NCBI GenBank assembly: GCA_025201805.1
Contig: MU619409.1
Location: 3,112-50,815 of the forward strand
Reading direction: 5' to 3'
Source of the DNA: Parasitella parasitica NRRL 2501
Lineage: Eukaryota > Fungi > Mucoromycota
Length of the DNA: 47,704 bases
Shown: positions 12,582-25,142 of the stretch, piece after piece
Layout of the letters: every line of letters begins with the position of its first letter
How positions within the stretch are numbered: position 1 is the first letter of the stretch
Made by a program: the position numbers and the translations under genes
The notes under the pieces: generated by a model
The model's input: the letters and a program-made list of their open reading frames with translations, nothing else
Told to the model about the DNA's origin: nothing
Databases searched by the model: none

Positions 12582-12637
12582 AACGCGACATTATCGCGTT
12601 GCCATGATACGGTATTTTTTAAAAGTCAAGGCCGCGT
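12582..12637. promoter_or_regulatory. MCB/SCB-like CGCG elements upstream of CTF4
   Basis: Palindrome AACGCGA-CATTA-TCGCGTT (12582-12600) and CCGCGT (12632-12637), 100-150 bp upstream of the ATG of a replisome gene. Confidence 0.45.
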
Positions 12638-12734
12638 TCATCAAAGATGATGGTTTAAAAAAAAAAAAAAAAAAAAAAAAACCTTGGAAATCTTCACAAA
12701 CCTCTTTTCTCTGTTAGAGTTTACAAAAGTTGCA

Positions 12735-15700
12735 ATGGCCATTATTTACGAAGACGTCAAAGTAATCTATGGTTTCCCAGATGGAAAAACCGCTGTTGCG
12801 TACAAAGCAGACGGAAGGTAAGTCGACTCTCATGTCGAGGTACGAATGTCTCATAGCTGAACGCAACGACAACTCAGGGAGGCTGTTGTGGGCGGCGCAC
12901 AAGGCTCAGGGCTGAAAATCTACGAAACAGACGCAATTGACGAAGAGTACCAGCATGTTGAAGTTACAGAGCACATTGATAATGTCACTTGTGTGGCAAC
13001 TAATGTAGGAACTTGTTGAAAACGGTGCAAAAGATTTATTAACTTGTTGTCAACAGGGGAGTGGCGCTTTTGCGTCTGGGGGAACGGACGGCATTGTAAA
13101 CTTATATACCAAGGACAACAAGTTTGACAGAATTCTGGTCAGAAGCACTACTCCCATACGAGATATCAGTTTCCATCCTAACGGATCAAAGCTGGCTATT
13201 GCTGCAGAGTTAGTACAAAAAAAAGGGGGGGGCGGGTGGGTGCTGCTATACTTGTACCTGATCTAATAAAGTCTCGTAGCGACAACGTTATCCGCATTAT
13301 ACTCTGCGCCGATAACTCTAAAATCGTCAACCTTGAAGGACACAAACACCTCGTCAAATCGGTGGATTACGACTGCCGTGGCAACTATATTATTTCATCC
13401 GACACGCAAGGCAACATCCGTATCTGGAACGTATCGGCAGAGGAACCAGCACCAAAATGTGTAAAAGTGCTGACAGAGTACAGCTACCAAGCAGATATGG
13501 ATTCTGCATTACAAACCAGGGTGGAATGGCACCCTGACGGCAGCTGCTTTGCATTCCCTGGCACAAACAATGACATCCGTGTCTTTAAATCAGACATTTG
13601 GACGTCTTATTACACACTGGAGGGACAGCATACGTCAAGCGTTGTTACATTAGCTTGGTCTCCCAACGGCTACTATTTGGCTAGCTCTTCCGACGACAGC
13701 ACTTTTGCCATTTGGGACACTAAAACCAAGGCCAGTGTTCGACTTGAAATCACATCAGCGACAATCACAGGCATTGCTTGGCATCCTACTGAAAACGAGG
13801 TGTTTTTAACCGACGTGGACGGGGCTCTCCGAATCTGGAAGGAAGCTATACCTACCAATGACAGCAACTACCCACACCCAGCCAAAATTCGCAAAAAGCC
13901 TACTTCTGGCATTTCTGCCTCTCAGCAGATATTCAAAGCCGACAAAGAAGATGTCTCCAGCAGTGTTCCACCGCTTAGTTCGAGCCTTTTTGCTGACGAG
14001 GAAGCTGAAGACGATGATGAAGAAGGCGATGATGTGAATATGGATGACATTGGAGAAGACGTTGATGACGAGGATGAGGAGCTGGGCGAGAATGACATGG
14101 GCGATTTCGTTATCGATGACGATGGGGCTGGCTATGTGGAAACACCCGAGCAAATAAACGAACAAAGGAAGCAATCGAGAATAAGCGTGTCAAACAGCGG
14201 CAGTGGCGGATCAGCAGTAGCCAATGCAGCACTAGTTCAGCGCCAACGCAAATTGGAAGCAGCATTTGATCCACCTACTTTGTTTCAGCCTGGAGAGACG
14301 CCCTACCATAAGCCTGAACCAAACACTTTGTTTGCACCAAAGCACGGCGAAAGACGATACATGGCTTATAACCTGGTTGGCGCTATTTCCACAATCTTTG
14401 AAGACGGGCACTCTATTATCAGTGTCGAGTTTCACGACCAATCAGAATACCGCAATTTCCATTTCACAGACGTACTGAACTTTACAATGGGAGCCATCAG
14501 CTCTGCAGGCACAGTCTATGCAGTGGAAGGTAAAGAGACAGTAAAGAAGACCAAGCGCGGAGGGCCCGATGGGGATGACTTGCTCGATTCAGACGATTCA
14601 GACAATGATGAAGAGGAAACTACTCGGATCAATTCGACATTATACTTTAGACCTAATAATACCGGCGCAGAGAAAGACTGGACACATCACATGCTACCAG
14701 GGGAAGATGTTGTGAGTATAGCTATCAATCGCATCTCTGTGGTGGCAACGACTTCTTTAGGTTATGTCCGTATTTTCTCTATATCAGGTGTACAGCGCCA
14801 TGTCTTTTCATTGGAGAATGTAGTGTCTATCACTGCCATGACGGATCTCGCATTGCTCGTGTACTCTGCCGGGCCAGCATTCGGACATCAACAGAATTTA
14901 GACTTTATGCTGCTGAATACGGAGACCAATGAAATGTTGCAGAAGGACAAGATCCAATTAACAACAGACAGTGAATTGAATTGGATCGGATTCTCAGAAA
15001 CAAACCAGGCTGTAACATTTGATTCCGCGGGCGTCTTGCGTTTGCTCTATCATCAGCGCCGTCCGTTCCAGGGCCGATGGATTCCTGTATTTGATGGTAA
15101 AGCCTACGCTACAGCAAATGGCAGAACCGAGAAATACTGGCCCGTGGGTGTACTGCGCGACCGACTGATGTGCGTTATTCTGCGTGGCAGCAACGCTTAT
15201 CCCTTTTTTCCTCGCCCTCCTGTCAAAGACATTCCATTGCGAATGCCCTTGTTGGAGCAATCAACAGAGGTGGGCGACCTGGAAGAGAGTGTCCTGCGCA
15301 TTGAAACATGCAATGCTCATGAAAGAGATGAGGCTGAAGCCACCAACACTGCGGATGACTACGCCGACACATTTAATGAATCCGATGCAGAAATGGACAT
15401 GGCGCTGTTAAAGCTGATCAATATAGCGTGCAAGGCTGAGAAAGTATCAAAGGCATTGGATTTGACGTACATTCTTCATTCGTCCGATTCAGTCGACAGA
15501 GCCATCAAGATTGCAGTATTTCATCACTACACTACTTTGGCAGAGAAGATGACCAAAATCAAGCAGGTAAGTCGCCGAGTGAGCTCATGCGCATGTGTAT
15601 ATTTACTTTGAGCTGCTGTAGGCCAAATTCATCAACGAATCCTTACCAACGCCGTCTACATTGGCTGATTCGTTAGCAGCACTCCCGAGTATTTACCCAT

Positions 15701-15864
15701 CCACGCAACCCACATTAGAAGGCGACCTTTCGTTAGTCCGAAAAGACAAGGGCAAAGAAAGGGAAACCAGTAACAAGCGAAATATGTTTGACGCTGATGA
15801 TGAGGATCTCTCGATGGATACGCCGTCCAGTAAGAAATCAAGGCCGTTCCAGTTCTCCACATAA
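12735..15864 (+). CDS. CTF4: Ctf4/Mcl1/AND-1 (WDHD1) replisome hub protein, multi-exon
   Basis: N-terminal WD40, acidic linker (GDFVIDDDGAGY) and SepB domain FQPGETP...RRYMAYNLVGAI...VEFHD, GRWIPV, KYWPVGV. Start MAIIYEDV at 12735; last exon ends at 15864. Confidence 0.93.
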
Positions 15865-16053
15865 TATTAGACAAATAAACGCAATGTTACACTTGAACGA
15901 TTTGACGTTGTTAATATAGAAATTTTACCTCTCCTTAATTTTGTAAGAGTGTATGTAATTTACACAAAGGACACACACATACACATTCTCCCTCTTTCTC
16001 TCTTTCTCTCTGTTTCTCTCTCTTTCTCTCTCTTTCTCTCTCTTTTTCTCTCG

Positions 16054-16094
<41 letters not shown>

Positions 16095-16180
16095 CTTTTT
16101 TTTTTATATTATTATTATTATCATCATTTTCTGCGCACACATTATATACATATACATATATATTATATACACACAAAAAG

Positions 16181-17719
16181 ATGCCCATCAACAAGAGTAA
16201 CTTTCAACCAAAAGATGCCAGAACTATCTCCGTATCTTATCGGGATGATGACGAGGATGATATGAGCGATTTGTTCCCCAACGAAAAATCATCACCAGCA
16301 AACGGTAGGAAGATGATGACGGGGACGCAAGCACTAGTTGAATTCCTCAAGACGACAAGCCCAGAGGAATTCCAAAGGACTACGCCAGAAAGATCAGTAA
16401 ACAATCTTTTCTCCCGAATGCGAAAGAACAAAAGAAGCACAGCTCCAGCAGCAGCCACCATCATTCCTACGCCTTCCATGTCGAGTCACTCTGTTCCGTC
16501 CACCACGACCTCCCTGCTTGCCTCCACCCTCACAGCACCAACATCCTATCATGGCAGTGACATTATCAACAGCCACACAATCCCCAGAAAAAACTACATT
16601 GAGATAGTACCTCAGCAGTACCAGAAAATGGTGGCAAAAAGCGCTGGCAGTAGTCGATCTCCTTCTTTTGATACAACATCAATCCAGTCATTTGTGTTAC
16701 GTAACAACAGCATCAATACAAACAATAGCAATAACAACAACAACAACAGCCACACCAACAACAACAGCAACAACACCAACAACAGCCACACCAACAACAA
16801 CCAGACAGGCGAGCCTATTTTGCCAAACAAAAAGCGAGAGAGCAGCCTGTACAGCGGCTCTCTTCGCCATTCTGTATCCATCCGATCCCAACTGAGCACC
16901 GCTACCTCGAATCGCACTCGGCCCCTGGCTAGAGACACTAGCCAGAGATTAGATGCAAAGGCCACAGAGGAATTCTTGAGCTTGGCCGATGGAATGGACT
17001 CGATTGAATCTGCTCTGCTGCAGAGACTCGAGAGGATTCGTTTGATCGATGCTGCCATTCCAAGTGATCAAGTAGCTGCTGGTTTAGCTACAGAGCATGT
17101 TAGAGCCTTGGGAATAACGCATACATTAGACAACCAACATCACGAGAGCGACAAGAGAAAAGTGCGACACATGCAAGTGCAGACCGAAAACACCTTCATT
17201 AGCAGTAATAATGGATTGCTTGACCCAACGAGCAGCAGCAGCAGCAGCAGTAGCAGCAGCAGGAGTAGCAGTAGCAGCGGTAGCAACAGAAGCAGAAGCA
17301 GCAGCAACAGCAACAAAATCAACATGACACAAGCGCACGACGACGACTTGGAGTCAAGAGCGCGAAGGGCTGAGGCGGCTTTGGAAGATGCGTTGGATCA
17401 TTTCGAGGTGATTAGCGGGTTGGCGTATAAAAAACTCAGAGAGCTATGGGAAGAAAAGATGCGATGGGAAAATGCCTGCATGGAGTTGAGAGATAGACTT
17501 GTTGTCATGGAACAAAAGCGGTTTCCATACCAACAACAACAACCACAACAACAATCACAACAACAACAGCAGCAGCAGCAGCAGCAGCAACAGCAACAAC
17601 AGCAGCAGCAACAACAGCAAACCAATGATCATGGCATCCTGCGTGAGGATTTGTTTTTGGAGGAAAATGAAGAAGAGGACGAATTGGGCTTATCAGAGTT
17701 TCCTTGCAGTGAAAATTAG
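16181..17719 (+). CDS. Uncharacterised low-complexity protein with poly-N/S/Q tracts and C-terminal coiled coil
   Basis: 512-aa intronless ORF with islands GTQALVEFLKTTSPEEF, KVRHMQVQT and LDHFEVISGLAYKKLRELWEEKMRWENACMELR. Confidence 0.75.
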   Translation: MPINKSNFQPKDARTISVSYRDDDEDDMSDLFPNEKSSPANGRKMMTGTQALVEFLKTTSPEEFQRTTPERSVNNLFSRMRKNKRSTAPAAATIIPTPSMSSHSVPSTTTSLLASTLTAPTSYHGSDIINSHTIPRKNYIEIVPQQYQKMVAKSAGSSRSPSFDTTSIQSFVLRNNSINTNNSNNNNNNSHTNNNSNNTNNSHTNNNQTGEPILPNKKRESSLYSGSLRHSVSIRSQLSTATSNRTRPLARDTSQRLDAKATEEFLSLADGMDSIESALLQRLERIRLIDAAIPSDQVAAGLATEHVRALGITHTLDNQHHESDKRKVRHMQVQTENTFISSNNGLLDPTSSSSSSSSSSRSSSSSGSNRSRSSSNSNKINMTQAHDDDLESRARRAEAALEDALDHFEVISGLAYKKLRELWEEKMRWENACMELRDRLVVMEQKRFPYQQQQPQQQSQQQQQQQQQQQQQQQQQQQQQTNDHGILREDLFLEENEEEDELGLSEFPCSEN

Positions 17720-18724
17720 TTCTTGAATAATAAATAATAATAAAAAAAAAAAAAAAAAAAAGAGGCTTTCCTTAATGTATAATGCGATGGTGGTGGTTTT
17801 TCGAATTTCATTTCATTGGTGTCTGAATGATAAACACGCCCAAGATCTTGTGGCCCTTTCACACAGTATTAGTATATATATACTTGTGCTCTTGTAACTG
17901 TAACAATGAATCCTAATTTTCTTCAAACCACCTTGAAAAAAAAAAAAAAAAAAAAAAAAACACATACGTCGGCTCATGTGCATACATTTCCGAATCTGGA
18001 ATAACAACAATATGCCAATGATAAAAGCTTATCCATTAATAAAGCTTACAATATATGAATACGGTAAAGAAAAAAAAAAAAATGCAAGTTTTTCGATGCG
18101 CATGCTCATGGCTTTTTTTGGGTGGGACCAGACTATCCATGTACTGTATACTACGTACATATAAATTGGTCTGTGTGCTTTGTTTGCATTATACAGACAC
18201 TGGCATGTTTCAAACAATATAGCACGTAGTACGATATGTATAATTGTTTGCCGTTCCCGCATTGTTGCAACACTATCACAGGTCCTCCAGTCATGAGCCC
18301 CCCCCCCTTTTATTGATCTGATAAAAAAAAAAAAAAAAAAAAAAGAGAATCACACTGAAGACTGACTTTTAATGTGAAAAGATGTGATCTCCCTACAAAC
18401 ATCTTGAAGAAGGGTTACCCACCCTTCCTTTTTCATTCCTTTTTCCTTAAACAGCTGTTTCTCCTGGCCTCTCCTTCAAGTCAATAGACAATCATCAATT
18501 GAATGTGAAAATGACTGACTATTGTAAATTCATCTTTACGCAGCATTTAAAATGGTAACTGGATTTTCAATTTAAGAATAGGATGGCTGGACTCACATTT
18601 TGTGCAGCTTCTTTTACCTTTCTTTCATTATTATGAGTGATTCGTTCACTGCACTACTGAATGTCCTGCTTTGCAATTATCTCGGTAGCGCATGAGCTAT
18701 AATTTCCTTGAACTTTGCATTGAC

Positions 18725-19413
18725 ATGAATTCTTTAGATTTGTTTATAACGTTCTACCACACACAATACCCATTTTACCTAACACCACTCGACAACAATG
18801 ATACCACTACCGCGACAAGAGACCCTACATCCACAAGCACAAAAAAGCCAGCGCCATTGCTGGTGGATACGGCCTGTCCACCTAACAAAGATGCCTGCAC
18901 AAACACTATTCAGTTTAAAAAGACTCGATACCAGAGCTATAGCGAGGATTGTCACCACAGTCATCCTCAATTGGCAAACTGCGATGTGCCTCCACTCCTT
19001 TTCTCTCCAACTTCCTCCGTGTCCTCCTTTGGCAGCACTTGCAATTGGAGCCCTAAGCTGAGCAACGCTGGCAAAAGGTCCAAAGTGGAAGAAATGATTC
19101 ACTTTTTCGAGAACGGACATTGCTCTATGGATCAGCACAGACGGTACAGTATCGATTCACATTTGAACTGCCGTAAAAAGACTCACATCCGAGAGCGCTG
19201 GTACGAATATCAACCGACGGTGGGTGAATGGAATAAACGTATAAACGGCGACTTTCCGTCTATGCAGTTGTCTGAATCAAAATCAACGTAAGTGCATGCC
19301 AGCCAATCGCTTTAGATGCAAAGACTCACTCTAGTTACGAACGTAGACCTGTTCAACGGTCCAAACGGAAAATGATACCTGTAATGGAAGCAAGCAAATC
19401 ACTCTGGGGTTGA
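18725..19413 (+). CDS. Uncharacterised protein, 2 exons
   Basis: ORF from ATG 18725 (MNSLDLFITF...) with intron 19288-19346 splicing in frame to a TGA at 19411-19413. Contains KVEEMIHFFE and YQPTVGEWNKRI. Confidence 0.6.
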
Positions 19414-19831
19414 CTTTTTTTTTTATGGAACAATGCTACTATATAATCACTAATCTTCTTAATATATTACAACTGTACATTTTCTTTCCGTCTCAACCGC
19501 TTGACAATACTACATATAACTGTGTGCGGATATGAAAGGGTCACGAGTGCATACGCTATGCAGGGTCTTTACCTTTGCTCTTTTTTTTTTTTTTTGTTAT
19601 ACCAGTGTGGCAGTGCTTTGATCATACTAATGCGGTGATTTCATGTCCTAACCCGTCCTTGTATTTTCATGCTGGGTTGCATTAAAAGACTGCTGCAGAA
19701 TGTATTGTTTCTCTTGCTAAATACGCTTCTCGTTTGGCAGTTTTGTCATTGATCTGCTTGTATGAGCGTTATTTAGACTGGCCTGAGGAGGTACGGCCCT
19801 TTACATACTTTTTTCTTTTTTTTTTTTGGTA

Positions 19832-19868
19832 TTTGGTTTTTGGTTTTTGGTTTTTGGTTTTTGGTTTT
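19832..19868. repeat. (TTTTTGG)n heptamer microsatellite, ~5 copies
   Basis: Directly visible sequence tttggtttttggtttttggtttttggtttttggtttt. Confidence 0.85.
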
Positions 19869-19991
19869 GCTGTCTAGAGGACATTTGATATAAAGAAATT
19901 CTTCCTATTTTATTTTGTTATTTATTACTCTAAAACTATTTACAACAAACAATCAACATAGTGTTGATATGCACAATTTTTTTTTTTTTAT

Positions 19992-20428
19992 TCACCAGTC
20001 CAACCAAGTTTTGAAATACTCGCAATTCATGGGAGAAATGGGCCCATCCTCCACGCAGAATGAAAACACAGGACATTTGCCACAGGGGATTTCTGTCAAT
20101 GCTTCCGTGGGTAAACGACTGGCCACCTTTCTGATAGCTTTATACGACCATAGCACAGACCCATCCCCGTCGTCCTCATCATCGCTGAAATCCTCCATAC
20201 CTGCCATAAAGGGAAGCTTTTTTTCCACTACTCCATCATAGACAAGGACGTCTAGTAAGCTGGTGATATCTTTTACGGACAGATCAATAGACGAGATGCG
20301 GGACTCTGTAATGAAGCGTCTGACTTCTGTGGCTGTCGGATAGTGTTCATGGTCGGCACCGAAAACAGCATCGTTTATGCCTTCTACTCTGGGAAAGCTC
20401 TGCAAGACATGTCAGCATACACAGATCC

Positions 20429-20495
<67 letters not shown>

Positions 20496-21270
20496 GGACA
20501 CAAAAAAACTTACTCTGGACATGATGTATTTCAGACAGGCAGCCTTCAAACTGTCAATGAAATCAGTGTCTAATTCTTGGTCGGTATACCACGCACCACC
20601 AGTAACCTCGCTGGATGGAGACAAACTGAATAGCATGTAGATTTTGCGAGTTGGATATTTGACATGTTTAACAGCCTTGATTTCCTGTTTTTGTTCTAAT
20701 GACTTGAGAGTACGATTCAGGACGATGGTGTGCAGGTTTGTCTTTTTTTTCAGGTCTTTTGTCCAAATACCGTTGTTGCCGGCAGATCGAATGGCATTGT
20801 ATACAAGACGAGCGTCATCGTTCAGCTTGCTTGCCCTTTGTTTTTGTGTCAAGAGAGGGATATTAGTAACCGTCATTCCTGCCCTTGTTGTAGCTATTTT
20901 TACTTTTCAGCGTCTCTCAGATCAATTGCTTTCAACATGTTTTCCCCATTTAAAGTAACCACTTCCAAAGTATTCTACCAGCACTGGGATCAGTTAGCGT
21001 ACTTTTGTAAACCGTGCCCAAGCTACCTTTTTCAAGAGCGAGTTCATGGCTAGATATGACTCCTGAACATCCATATCGTCGGGACGATCTGTGAATTTGA
21101 CACCCTGATGACATGTAAATTTAAGGCTTATCTTTCCAAATCACTTTAACAGTTACCTTGACAGAATTGCGGACAAACTGATAGAATTTCCATTCCCCAG
21201 TTGACAAGCCAAAAGGTGCCTCTTGGCCATCGGACACCTCTCCCATAGCTGCATCGCGTAAGTCATCCAT
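19992..21270 (-). CDS. RPC34: RNA polymerase III subunit RPC34/RPC6, multi-exon
   Basis: AGNNGIWTKDLKKKTNLH, YPTRKIYMLFSLSPSSEVTGGAWYTDQELD and C-terminal Fe-S motif PCGKCPVFSFC...ISPMNCEYFKTWL. Start MDDLRD at 21270. Confidence 0.95.
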
Positions 21271-21939
21271 TTACCAAGCTGCTTTATTGTAAGAAATCAN
21301 NNNNNNNNNNNNNNNNNNNNNNNNNNNNNNNNNNNNNNNNNNNNAAAGCCAAGTTTAAAAACGTCACAGCGCTTCACCGCCGAAAGGTCGTAATCATGCC
21401 AACCACAATATATACAGTAGTGTAGAAACGTGTAAATCTAGGGCTGATACGGTATACCGGTAGTGCACAATCTGGACAATACAAAAAAAGCCTATTGTGA
21501 ATGTACACGCCAGGATTTGAAAGGCAGTAAGAGTCGTTTCAGCGTTCCCTCAACAACCATGCTCAGCCAATGAATCACAACATCAACCATCATTTTACTT
21601 GCATGCTTTACAAAAAAAAAAAAAAAGTCTTATGTCATTCGTACTTGATTTGCGCAAAAGTTGCTTAATTGGTATTGTTAATGAGGAAACCCAAGTGGTG
21701 GATCAGCCAGTCGAGCCATCTCTCAAAGGTTGTGGCTGTCCCTGAAAGGCTTTATAGTTTGTAACATTTTCACAAGTACGAGCTGTCCCACTTGACACAA
21801 TGCTAAATCAAACGAAATAAAAAACAACGAGTGGAAATCATATTTATGTATTGTACCATAAAGATTAAGATATATTATGATTGTTTGTTTTTTTTTTTTT
21901 TTTTTTTTCGAGTCAAGTTGGTTAATTACGAAAAATCTC

Positions 21940-22620
21940 ACTTTAGACAACGTTTGATGTACCATATAAAGGTACTCCATCTTGACTTGGATGATGATTA
22001 AGAAGTAACTAAAATTTTGATGTTTCTGAGCATCATGACTGGCGAGCCAATTTTTAACTTGAGCTGGTGAGCAATGAGGTGACATGTTTGTTGTTGAGCC
22101 GAGTGTTTGTAAATGCGGCCATAAGGCTTGAGAACACAATGCGTGCATGAATGATTTCTTTTTTTTTTTTCACTGCCATGAGGAACAACAGGTGAAACTT
22201 GACGAAAATCACCGCCAAATACAATAAGTTTTCCTCCAAAGCGAGCATCTGCCAGTCCTTTGCCTACTTGCTTCATGATATTTTTAAATGTCCTGTCTGC
22301 TGTTTCGAGAACATCAAGGCTGATGATCGATGCTTCATCCCATACAATAAGTCTTGCGCCAGGAGATCCGGTCGCAAAGAACACACAGATGAATCATTGC
22401 AGCCAAGAGGGATTCTAAACCTTGGAATGAGCAGTACGGCCACCTTTTAACAGTGAAGAACAGCTGTACCACTTACTGCAACAGAAAGAGCCATGTTACT
22501 TGTTCTTCTAGCGGATTGAAGGATGGCATTAAAAGGAGTGTTTTCTCAGTACCCCCCCCCCCCCCCGCCAGGACCGTCAACAAAAAATACGACGATTCAA
22601 TTTCAAGCCCTACTGACGAT
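21940..22620 (-). pseudogene. Helitron-type PIF1 helicase relic
   Basis: Degenerate Walker A FFVDGPGG..TEKT, LIVWDEAS, FGGKLIVFGGDFRQVSPVV and LKLKIGSPVMMLRNI. Frameshifts and large internal deletions. Confidence 0.85.
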
Positions 22621-22802
22621 TTTGTACCGTATAATTAATGTAGTCCAGGTAATAACTTCTGAAAGATGTACAGTAGTACCAATTTCCAAAAAGTAAAATC
22701 CTGTATAATCTTTTGCTTGCAGGATTTGCAACTCAATCATTGAAAATGCCGCGTTCTTTTTCTGCGTTGTTTTGAGGCTTCTTTTACATCCCCACAAAAA
22801 AA

Positions 22803-24883
22803 ATGGCACAGCTAGAAATTTTACACTTTAATGATGTCTACCATGTATCGCCAAGCAAAGAAGAGCCTGTCGGTGGCTCGTCACGGTTTGTTGGCAAAAT
22901 CAATCAAATATTGGCAGCATCGACTGCGCAAGACAAGCCGACCGTGTTGTTTTCGGGCGATGCTTTCAACCCAAGTCTAGAAGGAACCATTACTCGCGGC
23001 GCTCATATGTAACGTATACCGTCTGCTTCCAAGCATAAGCTAACCACTCACATAACAGCCCTGGTATTCTGAATCAGTGCCATATCGCAGCAGCATGTGT
23101 GGGGAACCATGACTTTGATTTTGGCATGCCACAGCTGGAGAAGCTCATAGGACACACTGCATTTCCATGGCTGCTATCAAATGTTCTAAACAGCGACAAG
23201 AGTGCCTCTTCAGACAGGATCAAGCGGTTCATCATCACCGAGCAGCCCAATACCGGCTTGCGTCTTGGGATTATTGGGCTGGTAGAGGAGGAGTGGATCC
23301 AGACTATCCCCTCGTTTCCTCCCGAATTGACTTACTACGACTTTATACAGGTGGCCCAAGACCTGTCCAGACAGCTGAGAGACCCTAATGGGCCGCACAA
23401 GGTGGACCTGGTAATTGCACTCACGCACATGCGAGTTCCAAACGACATAAAGCTAGCAAAGGCCTGTCGACGAGAAATCGATCTGATTCTGGGAGGACAC
23501 GACCATTTCTACTACGTATCAAAGTCGATTGACATTGTGGGAGACAACTGGACTCGAGAAAACAACGTGGCGGATGTGGGGTTCGACCCTGAGGAGGAGC
23601 AGGTAGACTTCCCTGTGCGTGTGGTGAAGAGTGGCACTGATTTCAGAGAGTTTTCGTGGCTCAAGCTGGACATTGGCACCCACTCGGATGGGCAGCGGTA
23701 CATTCAGCACATGACTGCACAAAGAGAAATTGTCACGTCTGACGTTGTGCCTGATCCTGAGACGGAGCGCCTGGTGCAGGAGGTGAGGAGCCAAGTTGCT
23801 TCCAAGACGGCCACAGCAATCGGCTACACTACTGTCCCGCTGGATGGCCGCAGCATGTCTGTTAGGTCAGAGGAAACAAACCTGGGCAACCTTACTGCTG
23901 ATTTAATGGTCGGCTTCTACCGGGCGGCCTCTTGTCCCCCCGTCGACATTGGCTTCTGCGTAGGTGGAACCATCCGAAATGACAGTGTTATTGAAGCCGG
24001 TGAAATTACCTTGGGAGACATACTTACGGCGTTTCCGTTCCTCGACCCAGTGGTTGTGATCCGCATCACTGGACAACAGCTATGGGAAGCGCTTGAAAAC
24101 AGTGTTTCCGAGTACCCTAAACAGGAAGGGCGGTTTCCACAGTTATCCGGCGTTCGTCTTGAATGGAATCCCAACGCCCCTTCCGGAAGCAGAGTTCGCC
24201 GCGTCTACACTGTAAGAAAAGGTGCGCAGTACGTTGCCACCAACGCACGTCGGCGCTCATTGACATTTCCCCACACGGTCGATTCTGGAGATAAATACCG
24301 TCCAGAGAACATGGACCCGCTGGACATGGCCAAAGACTACGTGGTTGCCACCCGCGCCTACCTGATTGGTGGCTATGATGGATATACGTCGCTGAAGGTG
24401 TCTGCGGATAGGATCATTGTCGACGAAGAGGCAGGCGTCCTGATTTCGACCATGTATCGAAAGTTCTTTTTGGGGCTCAAGTACATCAACGCCTTCCGCG
24501 AATACCAAGCCAACCATGTGCACCGGAAAGACCGCATCAATCAGCTAGTCGCCTCTGCTGCAGCGCACTGGCGTGATCTATCGTTTCAATTCAAGCGACA
24601 CAACCACCCTAACGATGGGCGTAGCTGCGACTGTGAGACCAGCAGCCAAGACGGCCAGTCCTTCCTCGACAGCGCCATTGCGGATCGTGCCAACTACCAC
24701 ATCTCCAAGCAGGGCATCCAAGACGCCTTTGTAGACGCAAGCAAAGGCCACCCCAGCTGCATCGCTGCAGAAGAAGACGAAGACCGAGGCAAATATGACC
24801 AGGAAAATGACCTCACCTGGGTCAAGAGATGGGCCAGTATCTCGCCTGCTGTGGAGGGAAGAATTGTGAGGGTGGATGATTAG
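22803..24883 (+). CDS. 5'-nucleotidase family metallophosphoesterase (calcineurin-like plus 5'-nucleotidase C domain), 2 exons, no signal peptide
   Basis: Motifs HFNDVY, SGDAFNPS, GNHDFD, ALTHMR, LGGHDH, ETNLGNL, GGTIRND and EGRFPQLSG. Intron 23009-23058. Confidence 0.92.
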
Positions 24884-25142
24884 ATTTCCGGGCATGAAAN
24901 NNNNNNNNNNNNNNNNNNNNNNNNNNNNNNNNNNNNNNNNNNNNNNNNNNNNNNNNNNNNNNNNNNNNNNNNNNNNNNNNNNNNNNNNNNNNNNNNNNNN
25001 NNNNNNNNNNNNNNNNNNNNNNNNNNNNNNNNNNNNNNNNNNNNNNNNNNNNNNNNNNNNNNNNNNNNNNNNNNNNNNNNNNNNNNNNNNNNNNNNNNNN
25101 NNNNNNNNNNNNNNNNNNNNNNNNTTCTTTTTTATTGCTCAA

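Noticed and set aside
19832-19868. (TTTTTGG)n as an interstitial telomere
   Set aside because: Only ~5 units in a T-rich 3' region, and not TTAGGG-like. Treated as a microsatellite.
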